DNA from: Patescibacteria group bacterium
GTDB taxonomy: Bacteria; Patescibacteriota; Patescibacteriia; Patescibacteriales; JBAZCA01
Direction: 5' to 3'
NCBI GenBank assembly: GCA_041661505.1
Contig: JBAZUF010000001.1
Coordinates: 113,576-177,575, forward strand
DNA: 64,000 bases
Shown here: positions 33,955 to 43,489 of the stretch, one piece after another
How the letters are laid out: every line of letters begins with the position of its first letter
How positions within the stretch are numbered: the first letter of the stretch is position 1
Made by a program: the position numbers and the translations under genes
The notes under the pieces: model-generated
What the model was told of the DNA's origin: nothing
The model's database searches: none
The model's input: only the letters and a program-made list of their open reading frames with translations

Positions 33955-34278
33955 TTACTTCTCCCGGAGCGCCACTTCCCTGACAATCCGGGTGATGTTG
34001 CGCTCCATTTTTTCAATCCGCAGGCGCAGGCGGAAGATAATATAAAAGAGCAAGACAACGGCGACGTAAAAGAGGACGTTAATGCCGGTGGCGGAAAAGC
34101 CTAAATCGGCGACAAAGCGGTCAATTGATTTTATAAAGACAATAGCGGCGGCGGCCAAAGCCCAAAAGACGAGCCAAAAAACGAATTCGGCGTTTTCTAA
34201 CTCGTCTTTCTTTTTTTGCCAAAAAAGCCGGGAAAGGAAAAAAATTATGACTATAAGCGCTAAAATTTGCTGAATCAT
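33955..34278 (-). CDS. DUF2304-family small membrane protein
   Basis: 107 aa with 3 TM and a C-terminal RLRLRIEKMERNITRIVREVAL helix. Typical partner of GT2 genes. Confidence 0.65.
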   Translation of the reverse strand: MIQQILALIVIIFFLSRLFWQKKKDELENAEFVFWLVFWALAAAAIVFIKSIDRFVADLGFSATGINVLFYVAVVLLFYIIFRLRLRIEKMERNITRIVREVALREK

Positions 34279-34342
34279 ATACTTATGCCCATGACCGCGG
34301 TTATGAATGGCTTAATATTCCGCGCGTTATCCATATTATTTT

Positions 34343-35005
34343 TTAGCCGAGCAGTTTTGAAATAATTAAATCCTTAATAATCTTCAGTCCGCCTCCCGGC
34401 CCCTGGCCGAAGGTGCGGTAAACTACGGTAATCGGCGTTTCCTTAACCCTTAATTCGTTTTGAAAAACTTTGCCGATAATTTCCGAACAATGGGCCATGC
34501 CGTCATTGGTGATTTTTACCTGCCTCGCGGCTTTGGCATTCATCGCCCTAAACCCGGATTGCGGGTCGCTTAACTTAACGCTGAAAAAAACCCGGTTCAT
34601 AAGGCGCGCCAAAGGCATCATCACGCGCCTTTTTAGCCAGGGCATGTTGTTTTTCTTCCCTAAAAACCTTGAGCCGAATACGACGTCAGCTTGCCCGGCT
34701 TCAATCGGCGCGGTTAGCTCTTTTATTTCTTCGGCTAAAAATTGGCCGTCAGCGTCAAAATGGACGATTATATCGGCGCCGCGGCGGAGAGCGTATTCAT
34801 TTCCGGTTTCAAGCGCCGCGCCTTGGCCGCGGTTAAATATGTGCTTTAACGCGGCAACCCCTTGGGCTTTGGAAAGCTCAAAAGTCTTGTCAGCTGATCC
34901 GTCGTCAACGACAACAACCTGATCCACGGCCGGTTTGACGGATTTTAGCACTTCAACGATTGTATCTTCTTCGTTATAAGCTGGGATAACGCAGTATATT
35001 CTCAT
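34343..35005 (-). CDS. family 2 glycosyltransferase (dolichyl/polyprenyl-phosphate sugar transferase-like)
   Basis: VIPAYNEE, VVVDDGSADKT and HFDADGQF (DxD) motifs. Confidence 0.85.
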   Translation of the reverse strand: MRIYCVIPAYNEEDTIVEVLKSVKPAVDQVVVVDDGSADKTFELSKAQGVAALKHIFNRGQGAALETGNEYALRRGADIIVHFDADGQFLAEEIKELTAPIEAGQADVVFGSRFLGKKNNMPWLKRRVMMPLARLMNRVFFSVKLSDPQSGFRAMNAKAARQVKITNDGMAHCSEIIGKVFQNELRVKETPITVVYRTFGQGPGGGLKIIKDLIISKLLG

Positions 35006-35022
35006 AACACATCTATTAAGCT

Positions 35023-36036
35023 TTACTTTACCCTCATAAGCCGCTGGCTCGCCCTTAAATCGTCGATGGTTTTTTCCAGGCCTTTTTGCAAGGTAACGAC
35101 CGGCAGCCAGCCGAGCTCTTGGCGGGCTTTTGACGTATCCGGCAAGCAGAGCGGAGTCATAATAAGAATTTCCTTATCGTACTTGATTTTTGATTTTGAA
35201 TCAAGAATCTTAATAATCTTCCCGGCCACCTCGGCAAATCTTACCTCGATTTCCGAGCCTAAATTAATCGGCCCCGAGACATCGGATTCGGCTACTTTTA
35301 TCGCCCCGTCAATCATATCGCTTATGTAGCAAATCGAAGAAGAAAAATCTTCGCCGCCATGGATTATCAGCTCGGCGTTATCCAGGGCGTTTATTACAAA
35401 ATCCGGAAACATATGCCCTTCATTCAGCTTCATCCTCGGGCCGTAAGCCCGGAAAACGCGGAGTATTTTAGTATCCAGTTTATAGACCTGGCGGTAGTTC
35501 GCGACCAGGGTTTCGGAAAATCTCTTCCCTTCGTCGTAGGAGCTGCGCTCGGAAACCGGGTCCGCCTGTCCAGCGTCGCTTTCGTTTATTTTTTCATTTG
35601 ACTGGCGACCGGGGCCATAAACGGCCGAAGAAGAAAAATGGACGAACTTGGCGCTGTATTTAACCGCGATATCCAGCATGTTTTTTGTCCCGGTGGAATT
35701 AGCGAGCAGGGTGGCGATTTTGTTCTCATCGAATTTTTTCGGCGAAGCCGGGCAGGCTAGATTGTAGATTTCCTGGATGCCCTGGAATTTTATTTTGAAT
35801 TTTTCCAATTCGGGCATAGCTTCTAAATCAAGCGGTTCGGCGATGTCGTGCCGGATGAATTCGAAATTAGGATTGGAGAGAAGATGGTCGATATTCCTTT
35901 CGTCGCCGGTAATAAAATTGTCGATGCAGATGACTTTGGAATTTTTCAAAAGCTCGTCGCATAAATGCGAGCCGATAAATCCCGCGCCGCCGGTAACCAG
36001 TATGTTTTTTTTATCAAAAATTGCGTGCTTAGACAT
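35023..36036 (-). CDS. NAD-dependent sugar-nucleotide epimerase/dehydratase, UDP-glucuronate decarboxylase-like
   Basis: VTGGAGFIGSHLCDELL Rossmann motif, catalytic YDEGKR (YxxxK), RVFRAYGPRM. Confidence 0.8.
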   Translation of the reverse strand: MSKHAIFDKKNILVTGGAGFIGSHLCDELLKNSKVICIDNFITGDERNIDHLLSNPNFEFIRHDIAEPLDLEAMPELEKFKIKFQGIQEIYNLACPASPKKFDENKIATLLANSTGTKNMLDIAVKYSAKFVHFSSSAVYGPGRQSNEKINESDAGQADPVSERSSYDEGKRFSETLVANYRQVYKLDTKILRVFRAYGPRMKLNEGHMFPDFVINALDNAELIIHGGEDFSSSICYISDMIDGAIKVAESDVSGPINLGSEIEVRFAEVAGKIIKILDSKSKIKYDKEILIMTPLCLPDTSKARQELGWLPVVTLQKGLEKTIDDLRASQRLMRVK

Positions 36037-36064
36037 ATAATTTGTTAGTTAATGAAAATATCTT

Positions 36065-38311
36065 TTACTTAGCTATCTTAATATACCCCACATTAACCCC
36101 CTGGTTAAAATCCGCCGCGAGGGCGTAATAGGATCCCAAAAGCACTCCTCCGGAAGTGAAGGAACGCACGTGCGGCGCGCCGCCCGGGCCGGCGCCGGTT
36201 ATAATTTCCGAAAGTCCGTCGTTATTTATATCGCCTGAAGCTAAACTCACTCCGCCGCGGAAACTTTGGGTATAGGCGAAGAAAAAGGAAAGCATCTTGG
36301 TGTTGTCAAAAATTTTTATTTGCGAAGGCATGCCCGGCCCCGGAGCGGTAATAATTTGGGGATAGCCTTTGCGGGATAAATTGTAGGCGTTGCCAACGGC
36401 GATTCGGACTCCGCCCCGGAATTTTTGGTCATAGGCGAAAAACTGGCCTTTTAATCTTCCGGCCCGGTCGAAAATCCGAACGTGCGGGCCGCCGCCGGCG
36501 CCGGGCCCGGTAATAATCTCCGTGGCATTGTCGCCGTCAATGTCGCCCGCCGCGACGTTCACTCCGCCGGTGAATTTTTTGTCATAAGAAAAAAACTGGA
36601 GGCGGACTTTTCCCGAGCCGTCAAAAATCCGGACGTGCGGGCCGCCGCCCTTTCCCGGCCCGGTGATGATTTCTTTTATGCCGTCGCCGTCAATGTCGCC
36701 CGCCGCGACGTTCACTCCGCCGCGGAAGCCCGGGGCGTAAGCGAAAAATTGCCTTTTTAATTTTCCATCGGCGGAAAAAATTTGGACGTGCGGGCCGCCG
36801 CCGGCGCCCGCGCCGGCTATTATTTCGTCTTTTCCGTCGCCGTCAATGTCGCCCGAAGCTAAACTCACTCCGCCGCGGAAACTTTGGTTAAAAACCGGAA
36901 ACTCGCTGATTTTTTCGCCGTCTCTGTTGGAAATTTTCAAATTAGCCGGCAAGCCCGCCAAAGGCGCGGTAACAATATCGCCGGAAAAAGAGTTAAGCTG
37001 GGCGAGCGCCAAATCAAGCGGATTCAAGACGTTTAACCTCCCCCGGCCGAGCTGGCCCAAGAAAGCCGGATTCACCCGGCTGATGTTATCGGTATTGTCC
37101 AGCAAAAGATTAACCGCGTCTTTCCGCGACAAGCCGTAATTAACTTCCAAAAGAAGGGCCAGCGCGCCGGAAACCTGGGGCGCGGCTACCGAAGTTCCGG
37201 ACCAGTAGCCTTCATAATAGCTGTTGAAAAATTTTTCGCCGATAGAGGCGGACGGGTTATAAACCACGGTCGAAAAAACGCTCTCGCCCGGAGCGGACAA
37301 GTCGATGCACTTAAAGCCAAAGCTGGAAAATTTAGATTTTTGGTCGATGGAATCAACAGCCGCCACGCCGATTACCCAATTTTCTCCGTTCGGGCCGTCG
37401 TGGCAAACCGGGTACATGGGAGTCTGATCCAAAAAAAATCCCTGGCCGTCTTCAGACTCGTTTCCGGCGGCGGCCACTACCAATACGCCGGCATCATGGG
37501 CCCGCTTTATCGCCTCATTCAAAGCTTCTGAATACCCGAAGCCGACAAAGCTGAAATTTAAAATATTGGCGCCCTTGGAAATGGCATAATCTATGGCCTT
37601 AATTACGCTTAAGGTGTTTCCCTGCCCGGCATCGTCCAATACTTTTAAAGGCATAATCTTCGCCCGCCAGGTTACGCCGGCGATTCCGGTCGCGTTATTG
37701 CCCGCGCTGGCCGCGATCCCGGCCACGATCGTTCCGTGGTTTACCCCGCCCTCGGTAAAGCCCGGCTTAAATTTAGGCGACGGGTCAGAAACATTGTTTA
37801 CAAAATCCCAGCCGTTCACGTCGTCAATATAGCCGTTATGGTCGTCGTCAATTTTATTGCCCGCGATTTCGTCCGGGTTGGCGTAAATATTTTCCGCCAA
37901 ATCCGGATGGGTGATTTGGACGCCGGAATCGATTATCGCTATGGTTACGTTCGGGCTTTCGCGCTTTCTATCCCAGGCTTCTTGGGCCTTTATTTTTTTT
38001 AAATACCATTGTTCGCCGTAAAAAGGGTCGGACGGGATAATCACCGCCCGGTATGTGTAATTCGGCTCGGCGCTCTCCACTTCCGGATTCTTTTTATATT
38101 GGCGGACAGCCTCTTCCACGCTTTCCGAAGGGGCCAAAAATACTTTCACTGCTTCTTTGGCGGATTTAAATTTTACCAGTATCTGCCCCGGTTCGTATTC
38201 GGCCAATCCGGCTCCCTGGGCGGCTTTATCATTTCCTGAATCGGCATTAAAAAACCAAACGCTAAAAACGCCGGCCACGATAAAAAAACTGATGAAAATC
38301 TTCACCTTCAT
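36065..38311 (-). CDS. secreted S8 subtilisin-like serine protease with C-terminal FG-GAP/VCBS beta-propeller repeats
   Basis: Catalytic D (IAIIDSGV), H (HGTIVAGIAAS) and S (GTSVAAPQVSG). At least 5 repeats of GGVxxAxGDIDGDGxxEIITGxGxGGGPHVxIF. ATG 38311 is preferred (38320 is a TTG). Confidence 0.88.
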   Translation of the reverse strand: MKVKIFISFFIVAGVFSVWFFNADSGNDKAAQGAGLAEYEPGQILVKFKSAKEAVKVFLAPSESVEEAVRQYKKNPEVESAEPNYTYRAVIIPSDPFYGEQWYLKKIKAQEAWDRKRESPNVTIAIIDSGVQITHPDLAENIYANPDEIAGNKIDDDHNGYIDDVNGWDFVNNVSDPSPKFKPGFTEGGVNHGTIVAGIAASAGNNATGIAGVTWRAKIMPLKVLDDAGQGNTLSVIKAIDYAISKGANILNFSFVGFGYSEALNEAIKRAHDAGVLVVAAAGNESEDGQGFFLDQTPMYPVCHDGPNGENWVIGVAAVDSIDQKSKFSSFGFKCIDLSAPGESVFSTVVYNPSASIGEKFFNSYYEGYWSGTSVAAPQVSGALALLLEVNYGLSRKDAVNLLLDNTDNISRVNPAFLGQLGRGRLNVLNPLDLALAQLNSFSGDIVTAPLAGLPANLKISNRDGEKISEFPVFNQSFRGGVSLASGDIDGDGKDEIIAGAGAGGGPHVQIFSADGKLKRQFFAYAPGFRGGVNVAAGDIDGDGIKEIITGPGKGGGPHVRIFDGSGKVRLQFFSYDKKFTGGVNVAAGDIDGDNATEIITGPGAGGGPHVRIFDRAGRLKGQFFAYDQKFRGGVRIAVGNAYNLSRKGYPQIITAPGPGMPSQIKIFDNTKMLSFFFAYTQSFRGGVSLASGDINNDGLSEIITGAGPGGAPHVRSFTSGGVLLGSYYALAADFNQGVNVGYIKIAK

Positions 38312-38351
38312 ATAATCCAATTATATCATAGCCGCTAATTTTAATACAAAT

Positions 38352-38384
38352 AAAAACTGCCCCGAAAAATGAGGCGGTTTTTTC
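38352..38384. terminator. weak bidirectional terminator-like hairpin
   Basis: A5, CTGCC...GGCGG (one G-U), then T7. Confidence 0.45.
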
Positions 38385-38403
38385 TTATCGCGCCAATTTT
38401 CTA

Positions 38404-39432
38404 TTACTTCAAATAAATTCCCTTGTTCCGCACGTGTTCGTCAAAAGTTTTTGAATAAATTACCTTATCTTCGCCATTAACCTCGGCCGTCAAAAAATAA
38501 TTATAATCGGTAGCCGTCGGGTAAATCGCGGCTTTAATCGCGTTTAAGCCCGGATTGGCAATCGGCCCGGGCGGAAGGCCTTTATTTCTATAGGTGTTAT
38601 ACGGCGAATCGATTTGGGTATCGGCTTGGGAATACTGGTCTTTGTTGACCCCTAAAATATAGGCAAGCGTCGCGCAGGACTGGAGCGGCTGGCCGATTTT
38701 TATCCGGTCCCAAAAAATCCCGGAAACAATTTTCATGTCTTCGGGGGTGCGGACTTCCTTTTCGATTAAAGACGCCATGGTAATAATTTGGGGCAAAGTT
38801 TTTCCCTGGCTTTTTATTTCCGCGCGCATTTCCGGCGTTAATTTTTTCTCGAAATTGGAAAGCATTTTTACCGCGATATCTTCCAGGCCCGAATCCTTAA
38901 AAATCCGGTAAGTGTCCGGGAAAAGATAGCCTTCCAGCCCGGCTTCGCTCGGAACGTCTTTTAAAAATAACAATTTTTCCGCCGGCCCGCTGGCCCAGTA
39001 GCCGGCTTTTTTCGCGGCAAATTCTTCAAATCCGGTTTCCGCCGCCAAGCCGTTCTTAATCAGGTATTTTCCGATTTCTTTTAAATTCCAGCCTTCGATT
39101 ATCCGGATATCGGTTTCGCGGCTGATTGTCGTTCCCTTGACTAAAGTATTGGCGATCTCCCTGATATTTAATTTAGGGCTTAAGCGGTGATCGCCGGCTT
39201 TGAATTTACTCCCCCATTTTTTCAGCCAAATGTAAGTTTCAAAATCAAACTTGGACTTAATTAATTTTTGGCCAAGAAGGTTTTGGCTGATTTGGTGCAC
39301 GCCCTCGCCTTCTTTAATGGTAAAAGCCTGGTCCGCGCCGTTAGGGTCAGCCGGGCGGTTAAACTTTTGCCAGCCAAAGCCTAACCCGGCGGCGGCTAAT
39401 ATAAAAATAACTAGAATAATTTTTTTTGCCAT
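38404..39432 (-). CDS. mltG: endolytic murein transglycosylase MltG (YceG-like)
   Basis: N-terminal anchor, [14 protein letters not shown] catalytic region, [20 protein letters not shown]. Confidence 0.9.
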   Translation of the reverse strand: MAKKIILVIFILAAAGLGFGWQKFNRPADPNGADQAFTIKEGEGVHQISQNLLGQKLIKSKFDFETYIWLKKWGSKFKAGDHRLSPKLNIREIANTLVKGTTISRETDIRIIEGWNLKEIGKYLIKNGLAAETGFEEFAAKKAGYWASGPAEKLLFLKDVPSEAGLEGYLFPDTYRIFKDSGLEDIAVKMLSNFEKKLTPEMRAEIKSQGKTLPQIITMASLIEKEVRTPEDMKIVSGIFWDRIKIGQPLQSCATLAYILGVNKDQYSQADTQIDSPYNTYRNKGLPPGPIANPGLNAIKAAIYPTATDYNYFLTAEVNGEDKVIYSKTFDEHVRNKGIYLK

Positions 39433-39464
39433 ATTTGAAAATAAAAATTTTTAATCTTCATGCT

Positions 39465-39581
39465 TACCATCCGTCCGCCCGCCTTTAATTGCTTAAGCAG
39501 GTTTGCGGGCGCTTTTTCGGCCGCCGCGGATACCAGTATTTTATCAAAAGGCGCGAAATCCGGCAAACCGATATAACCGCC
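39465..39581 (-). pseudogene. pcm: relic of protein-L-isoaspartate O-methyltransferase (internal 39-aa fragment only)
   Basis: The minus frame reads [39 protein letters not shown], colinear with the E. coli Pcm segment [30 protein letters not shown]. There is no SAM-binding N-half and no C-terminal strands. Confidence 0.65.
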
Positions 39582-39646
39582 GGGCTTTTGGCGGCTTTTG
39601 ATTTTATTAAGTCATCGGCTAAAGACATGGCGTTTTTATCCTGCTA

Positions 39647-39655
39647 TGGTATAAT
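39647..39655 (+). promoter_or_regulatory. extended -10 element TGgTATAAT upstream of the 39737 gene
   Basis: TG 39647-39648, TATAAT 39650-39655, ~80 nt before the ATG. Confidence 0.45.
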
Positions 39656-39736
39656 AATAATAGTTTATTACTTCTAGCGCAATTGGATTATATTTGTAAT
39701 TTTTGAAGCAAGGGCTGTCTGGCAAATATAATCCGA

Positions 39737-40189
39737 ATGTTAACAAACATGTACGATGTTTTACTGCTCCCGATTCTGGCCGGCCTTATGGCCCAATTTA
39801 TCAAATTTTTTATCCGCACCAATAATTACCGGCTTACCTGGCACAACCTTTTTGCCTATTCGGGCATGCCTTCCATGCACACGGCCATCGTTTCTTCGCT
39901 AGCGACAATTGTCGCCTTGAAAGAAGGCCTTGGTTCGCCGATTTTTGCCGTCAGTTTCGTCCTGGCCGCTTTTATCATAAGAGACGCCTTCGGCCTCCGG
40001 CAGTATCTTGGCGCCCAGGGAAAAGTCCTAAACGTCCTGGTCAATGACTTAAAAGAAGACGATTTGCTTGACCGGAATTATCCCCGGCTTTTGGAAAAAA
40101 TCGGACATACGCCGGCGCAAGTGGCGGCCGGAGCGATTTTAGGGTTAAGCGTAAGCCTCTTGGGATTTTATTTCCTTTCCTACGTTTAA
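39737..40189 (+). CDS. divergent PAP2-family membrane protein (DUF212)
   Basis: SGMPSMHTAIVSSLA and IRDAFGLRQ motifs with 4 TM, as in the acid-phosphatase/vanadium-haloperoxidase-related family. Confidence 0.75.
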   Translation: MLTNMYDVLLLPILAGLMAQFIKFFIRTNNYRLTWHNLFAYSGMPSMHTAIVSSLATIVALKEGLGSPIFAVSFVLAAFIIRDAFGLRQYLGAQGKVLNVLVNDLKEDDLLDRNYPRLLEKIGHTPAQVAAGAILGLSVSLLGFYFLSYV

Positions 40190-40219
40190 GAGATCTTCAT
40201 TATATAAAAACAAAATTTA

Positions 40220-41809
40220 CTAAATCAAAGACCTTCCGGTCATCTCTTTGGGCTTAGCCAAGCCCATTATTTTTATTATGGTTGGGGCGACATCGGACAA
40301 AATTCCCTGCGGCTTCATTAAGGTCAAGTCGCCGCCTATCGTATCCTGGCCGCCGATAGTTTTCCCTTCAAATTCCTTTCCTACTAAAATAAAAGGGACC
40401 GGATTGGTTGAATGCTCTTTTTCCATCGTTCCGGTTTGCATGTTAAACATCGATTCGGCATTGCCGTGATCGGCGGTAATTACCATGACTCCCCCGCTTT
40501 TCAAAACCGCCCGGGTAAGGGATTTTAGGCACTTATCAACGGCCAAGACGGCTTTTTCCGCCGCTTTCAGGTTGCCGGTGTGGCCGACCATATCGGCATT
40601 GGCGTAATTTATCAGAATAAAGTCATAAGCGCCGCCCTCAATAGCTTCTTCAACTTTTTTGGTTAACGCAAAAGCCGACATTTCCGGCTTCAGATCATAA
40701 GAGTCGATCCGCGGCGAAGGGACTAATACATGATCCTCACCCTCTCCCTTTTCCTCGCGGCCGCCGTTAAAAAAATAAGTGACGTGGGCGTATTTTTCCG
40801 TCTCGGCGATCCGCAGCTGTTTTAAGCCCGCCTTGGAAATCACCTCGCCCAAAGTGTTCTTTACCGGCTCTTCGCTAAAAGCCACGCCGGCCGGCAGTTC
40901 CTTTTCGTATTCGGTAAAGCCGGCGAAATACAAATCATTTATCGCTGGCCGGCTGAATTTATTGAAAGCGGGCAAAGTAAGGGCTTTGGTAATTTCCCGG
41001 GCCCGATCCGGGCGGAAATTGAAAAATATGACCGCGTCATGGTCTTCAATTTTTCCTTCCGGCTTTCCTTCGGCATCGGTAATTACCGTCGGGACGAATT
41101 CCTCGTCGTAAATTTTTTTATCATAGCTTTCGGCAATGGCTTTAACCGGATCGGCGGCGGTTTTTCCTTTCCCTAAAGCCATAGCCCGGTAGGCTTTTTC
41201 GACCCGGTCCCAATGGTTGTCGCGGTCCATGGCGTAAAACCGGCCGGAAAGCGAAGCGATTTTTCCCCGGCCGTATTCGGCAATGGTTTTTTGCAGTTCC
41301 TCTATAAAAGCCAGGCCCGAATTAAAAGCCGTATCGCGCCCGTCCAAAAAGGCGTGGATATAAACCCGGTCGATTTTTTTTTCTTTGGCTAAAGCCAGGA
41401 GAGCGGTTAAGTGGTCGATTGAGGCATGGACTCCGCCGTTTGACAAAAGCCCCATGAGATGGAGTTTGGAATTATTTTTTTTCGCGTGTTCAATTGCTTC
41501 GTTCAATGCTTTATTTTCGAAAAAACTATTGTTGTTGATGGCTTTGTTAATCCGCGGCAAGTCCTGATAGACAACTCTCCCCAGGCCTAAATTAAGATGC
41601 CCGACTTCCGAATTTCCCGCTTCGCCCCAAGGCAACCCGACCGCCTCGCCCGACGCCATTAAAGTCGCGGAAGGATAGTGGGCGATAAGCTCGTTAAAAT
41701 TTTCAGTTTTTGCCTGGCTGATGGCGTTGCCTGAATATGGCTGGCTTACTCCCCAGCCGTCCAAAACAACAAGCACTACCGGCTTTGGCCGGCTATTTTG
41801 TTTGGCCAT
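40220..41809 (-). CDS. gpmI: 2,3-bisphosphoglycerate-independent phosphoglycerate mutase, copy 1
   Basis: VLDGWG, GNSEVGHLNLGLGR, ETEKYAHVTYFFNGG, ITADHGNAE. Confidence 0.95.
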   Translation of the reverse strand: MAKQNSRPKPVVLVVLDGWGVSQPYSGNAISQAKTENFNELIAHYPSATLMASGEAVGLPWGEAGNSEVGHLNLGLGRVVYQDLPRINKAINNNSFFENKALNEAIEHAKKNNSKLHLMGLLSNGGVHASIDHLTALLALAKEKKIDRVYIHAFLDGRDTAFNSGLAFIEELQKTIAEYGRGKIASLSGRFYAMDRDNHWDRVEKAYRAMALGKGKTAADPVKAIAESYDKKIYDEEFVPTVITDAEGKPEGKIEDHDAVIFFNFRPDRAREITKALTLPAFNKFSRPAINDLYFAGFTEYEKELPAGVAFSEEPVKNTLGEVISKAGLKQLRIAETEKYAHVTYFFNGGREEKGEGEDHVLVPSPRIDSYDLKPEMSAFALTKKVEEAIEGGAYDFILINYANADMVGHTGNLKAAEKAVLAVDKCLKSLTRAVLKSGGVMVITADHGNAESMFNMQTGTMEKEHSTNPVPFILVGKEFEGKTIGGQDTIGGDLTLMKPQGILSDVAPTIIKIMGLAKPKEMTGRSLI

Positions 41810-41914
41810 AATAAATAAAATTTCTTTCGTTAATTCCTCTTTAAAACCAGTTCCTGGTTCCAGTTAGAATAATAGCCGATTGCAAAAATTTTTACAACCA
41901 ATTTATATTACGAG

Positions 41915-43489
41915 TTATATTATTAGCGATTTTCCCTTCATTTGCGCCGGTTTTCTTATATCCAATAATTGAAGTATGGTCGGCGCGACGTCTCCCAGGA
42001 TTCCATTGTCTTTCAAGCGGGTTTTTAGATGGCTGTCGCTCACTAAAATAAAAGGCGCTGGGCTCGTGCTGTGCTCGGTATCGATTTCTCCGGTTTTTAA
42101 ATTAATCATTGATTCTACGTTGCCGTGGTCCGCGGTTACCAAAACCGTTCCTTTAACTTTTAAATAGGCTTCAACAATCTTCCCGAGAAAGCCGTCAACC
42201 GCGCTTACGCATTCGATCCCGGCTTTTAAGTTTCCGGTGTGGCCGATCATGTCTGGCGCGGCAAAATTCAGAACCGTAAAATCGTATTTTCCAGCCTTGA
42301 GATTATTTAATACCAGCTCGGTAAGGGCCGCCGAGCTCATCGCCGGGGTAGCGTCATAGGATTTAACGTCCGGCGAAGGGATCATAATCTGGTCTTCCCC
42401 GTTCACTTTGCCCGAATATCCGCCGTTAAAAAAATAAGTGACGTGGGCGTATTTTTCCGTCTCGGCGATATAGGCCTGGCTTATATTTTTTAAAACCATC
42501 GGCAGGGTCTCTTTTACGTCAATGCTTGGGAAAGCGGAAAGAATATTTCCCAAATCCGGGCCAAAATCGGTCATGGCGATAAAAACCAAATTTTTTGGCG
42601 CCTTTTTCGGGATAAAGCATTTCGCGTTCATCTGGCAAAAATGCTTTTGGACAAAAACTTTTGAAAGCTGGCGCGCCCGGTCAGACCGCAGGTTGAAAAA
42701 AATAATGCTGTCATTGTCTCTAATCCGGGGAGTTGGCTTGCCCTTGTCCGTAATGACATAGGGTTCTATAAATTCATCCGAGTCGCCGCGGTTGTAGCTT
42801 TCGGTTATGGCTTGTTCGGCGCTTTCGGCTTTCCTTCCTTCCCCTAAAACCAAAGCGTTATAAGCTTTTTCGGTATTGGACCATTTTTTCTTGCGGTCCA
42901 TGGCATAATACCGGCCGATTATAGTCGCGATTACTTCGCCGTTTTTGAAGCATTTCCTTAAATCCTGGATTAGTTTCAGGCCGGCGTATTTAGGAGAGTC
43001 GCGGCCGTCGGTAAATAAGTGAAGGCAGACGTTTTTTACTTTTTGGAGCCGGCAGAAAGTTATCAGGGCTAAAAGATGGTCCGGATCGCTGTGGGCGCTC
43101 ATGCCGTTTGAAAGCATGCCCATAAGATGCAGATTGGAATTTTTTTCCTTGGCATTTTTTATGGCTTCGAGAAATGCCGGGTTTTTAAAGAAAGTCCCCT
43201 GATTAATGCTTTTGGAAATGGCTACCGCGTCCTGCTCGACAAGCCGCCCGGCGCCTAAATTTAAGTGCCCGGCTTCTGAATTTCCCGCTTGCTGGGGCGG
43301 CAGACCGACCGCTTTTCCCGATGCTTTTAGAAGCGTGTATGGATATTTTTTTTGGAGGCCGGTCATAACCGGGGTTTTGGCAAGGGTGATGGCATTGCCT
43401 CTTGAAGGCTTATTAATTCCCCAGCCGTCCAATATTACCAAGATCATGGGCGGATTATTTTTGTTTTTCGGTTTTTCCGGATTTATCAT
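41915..43489 (-). CDS. gpmI: 2,3-bisphosphoglycerate-independent phosphoglycerate mutase, copy 2 (diverged paralogue)
   Basis: ILDGWG, GNSEAGHLNLGAGR, ETEKYAHVTYFFNGG, VTADHGNVE. Start overlaps the eno stop (ATGA). Confidence 0.93.
   Translation of the reverse strand: MINPEKPKNKNNPPMILVILDGWGINKPSRGNAITLAKTPVMTGLQKKYPYTLLKASGKAVGLPPQQAGNSEAGHLNLGAGRLVEQDAVAISKSINQGTFFKNPAFLEAIKNAKEKNSNLHLMGMLSNGMSAHSDPDHLLALITFCRLQKVKNVCLHLFTDGRDSPKYAGLKLIQDLRKCFKNGEVIATIIGRYYAMDRKKKWSNTEKAYNALVLGEGRKAESAEQAITESYNRGDSDEFIEPYVITDKGKPTPRIRDNDSIIFFNLRSDRARQLSKVFVQKHFCQMNAKCFIPKKAPKNLVFIAMTDFGPDLGNILSAFPSIDVKETLPMVLKNISQAYIAETEKYAHVTYFFNGGYSGKVNGEDQIMIPSPDVKSYDATPAMSSAALTELVLNNLKAGKYDFTVLNFAAPDMIGHTGNLKAGIECVSAVDGFLGKIVEAYLKVKGTVLVTADHGNVESMINLKTGEIDTEHSTSPAPFILVSDSHLKTRLKDNGILGDVAPTILQLLDIRKPAQMKGKSLII

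Noticed and set aside
39489-39677. A listed 62-aa plus-strand ORF in the mltG upstream gap.
   Set aside because: It lies antisense to the recognisable Pcm-like reading frame (the relic). It is an artefact of the GC-rich pseudogene remnant.
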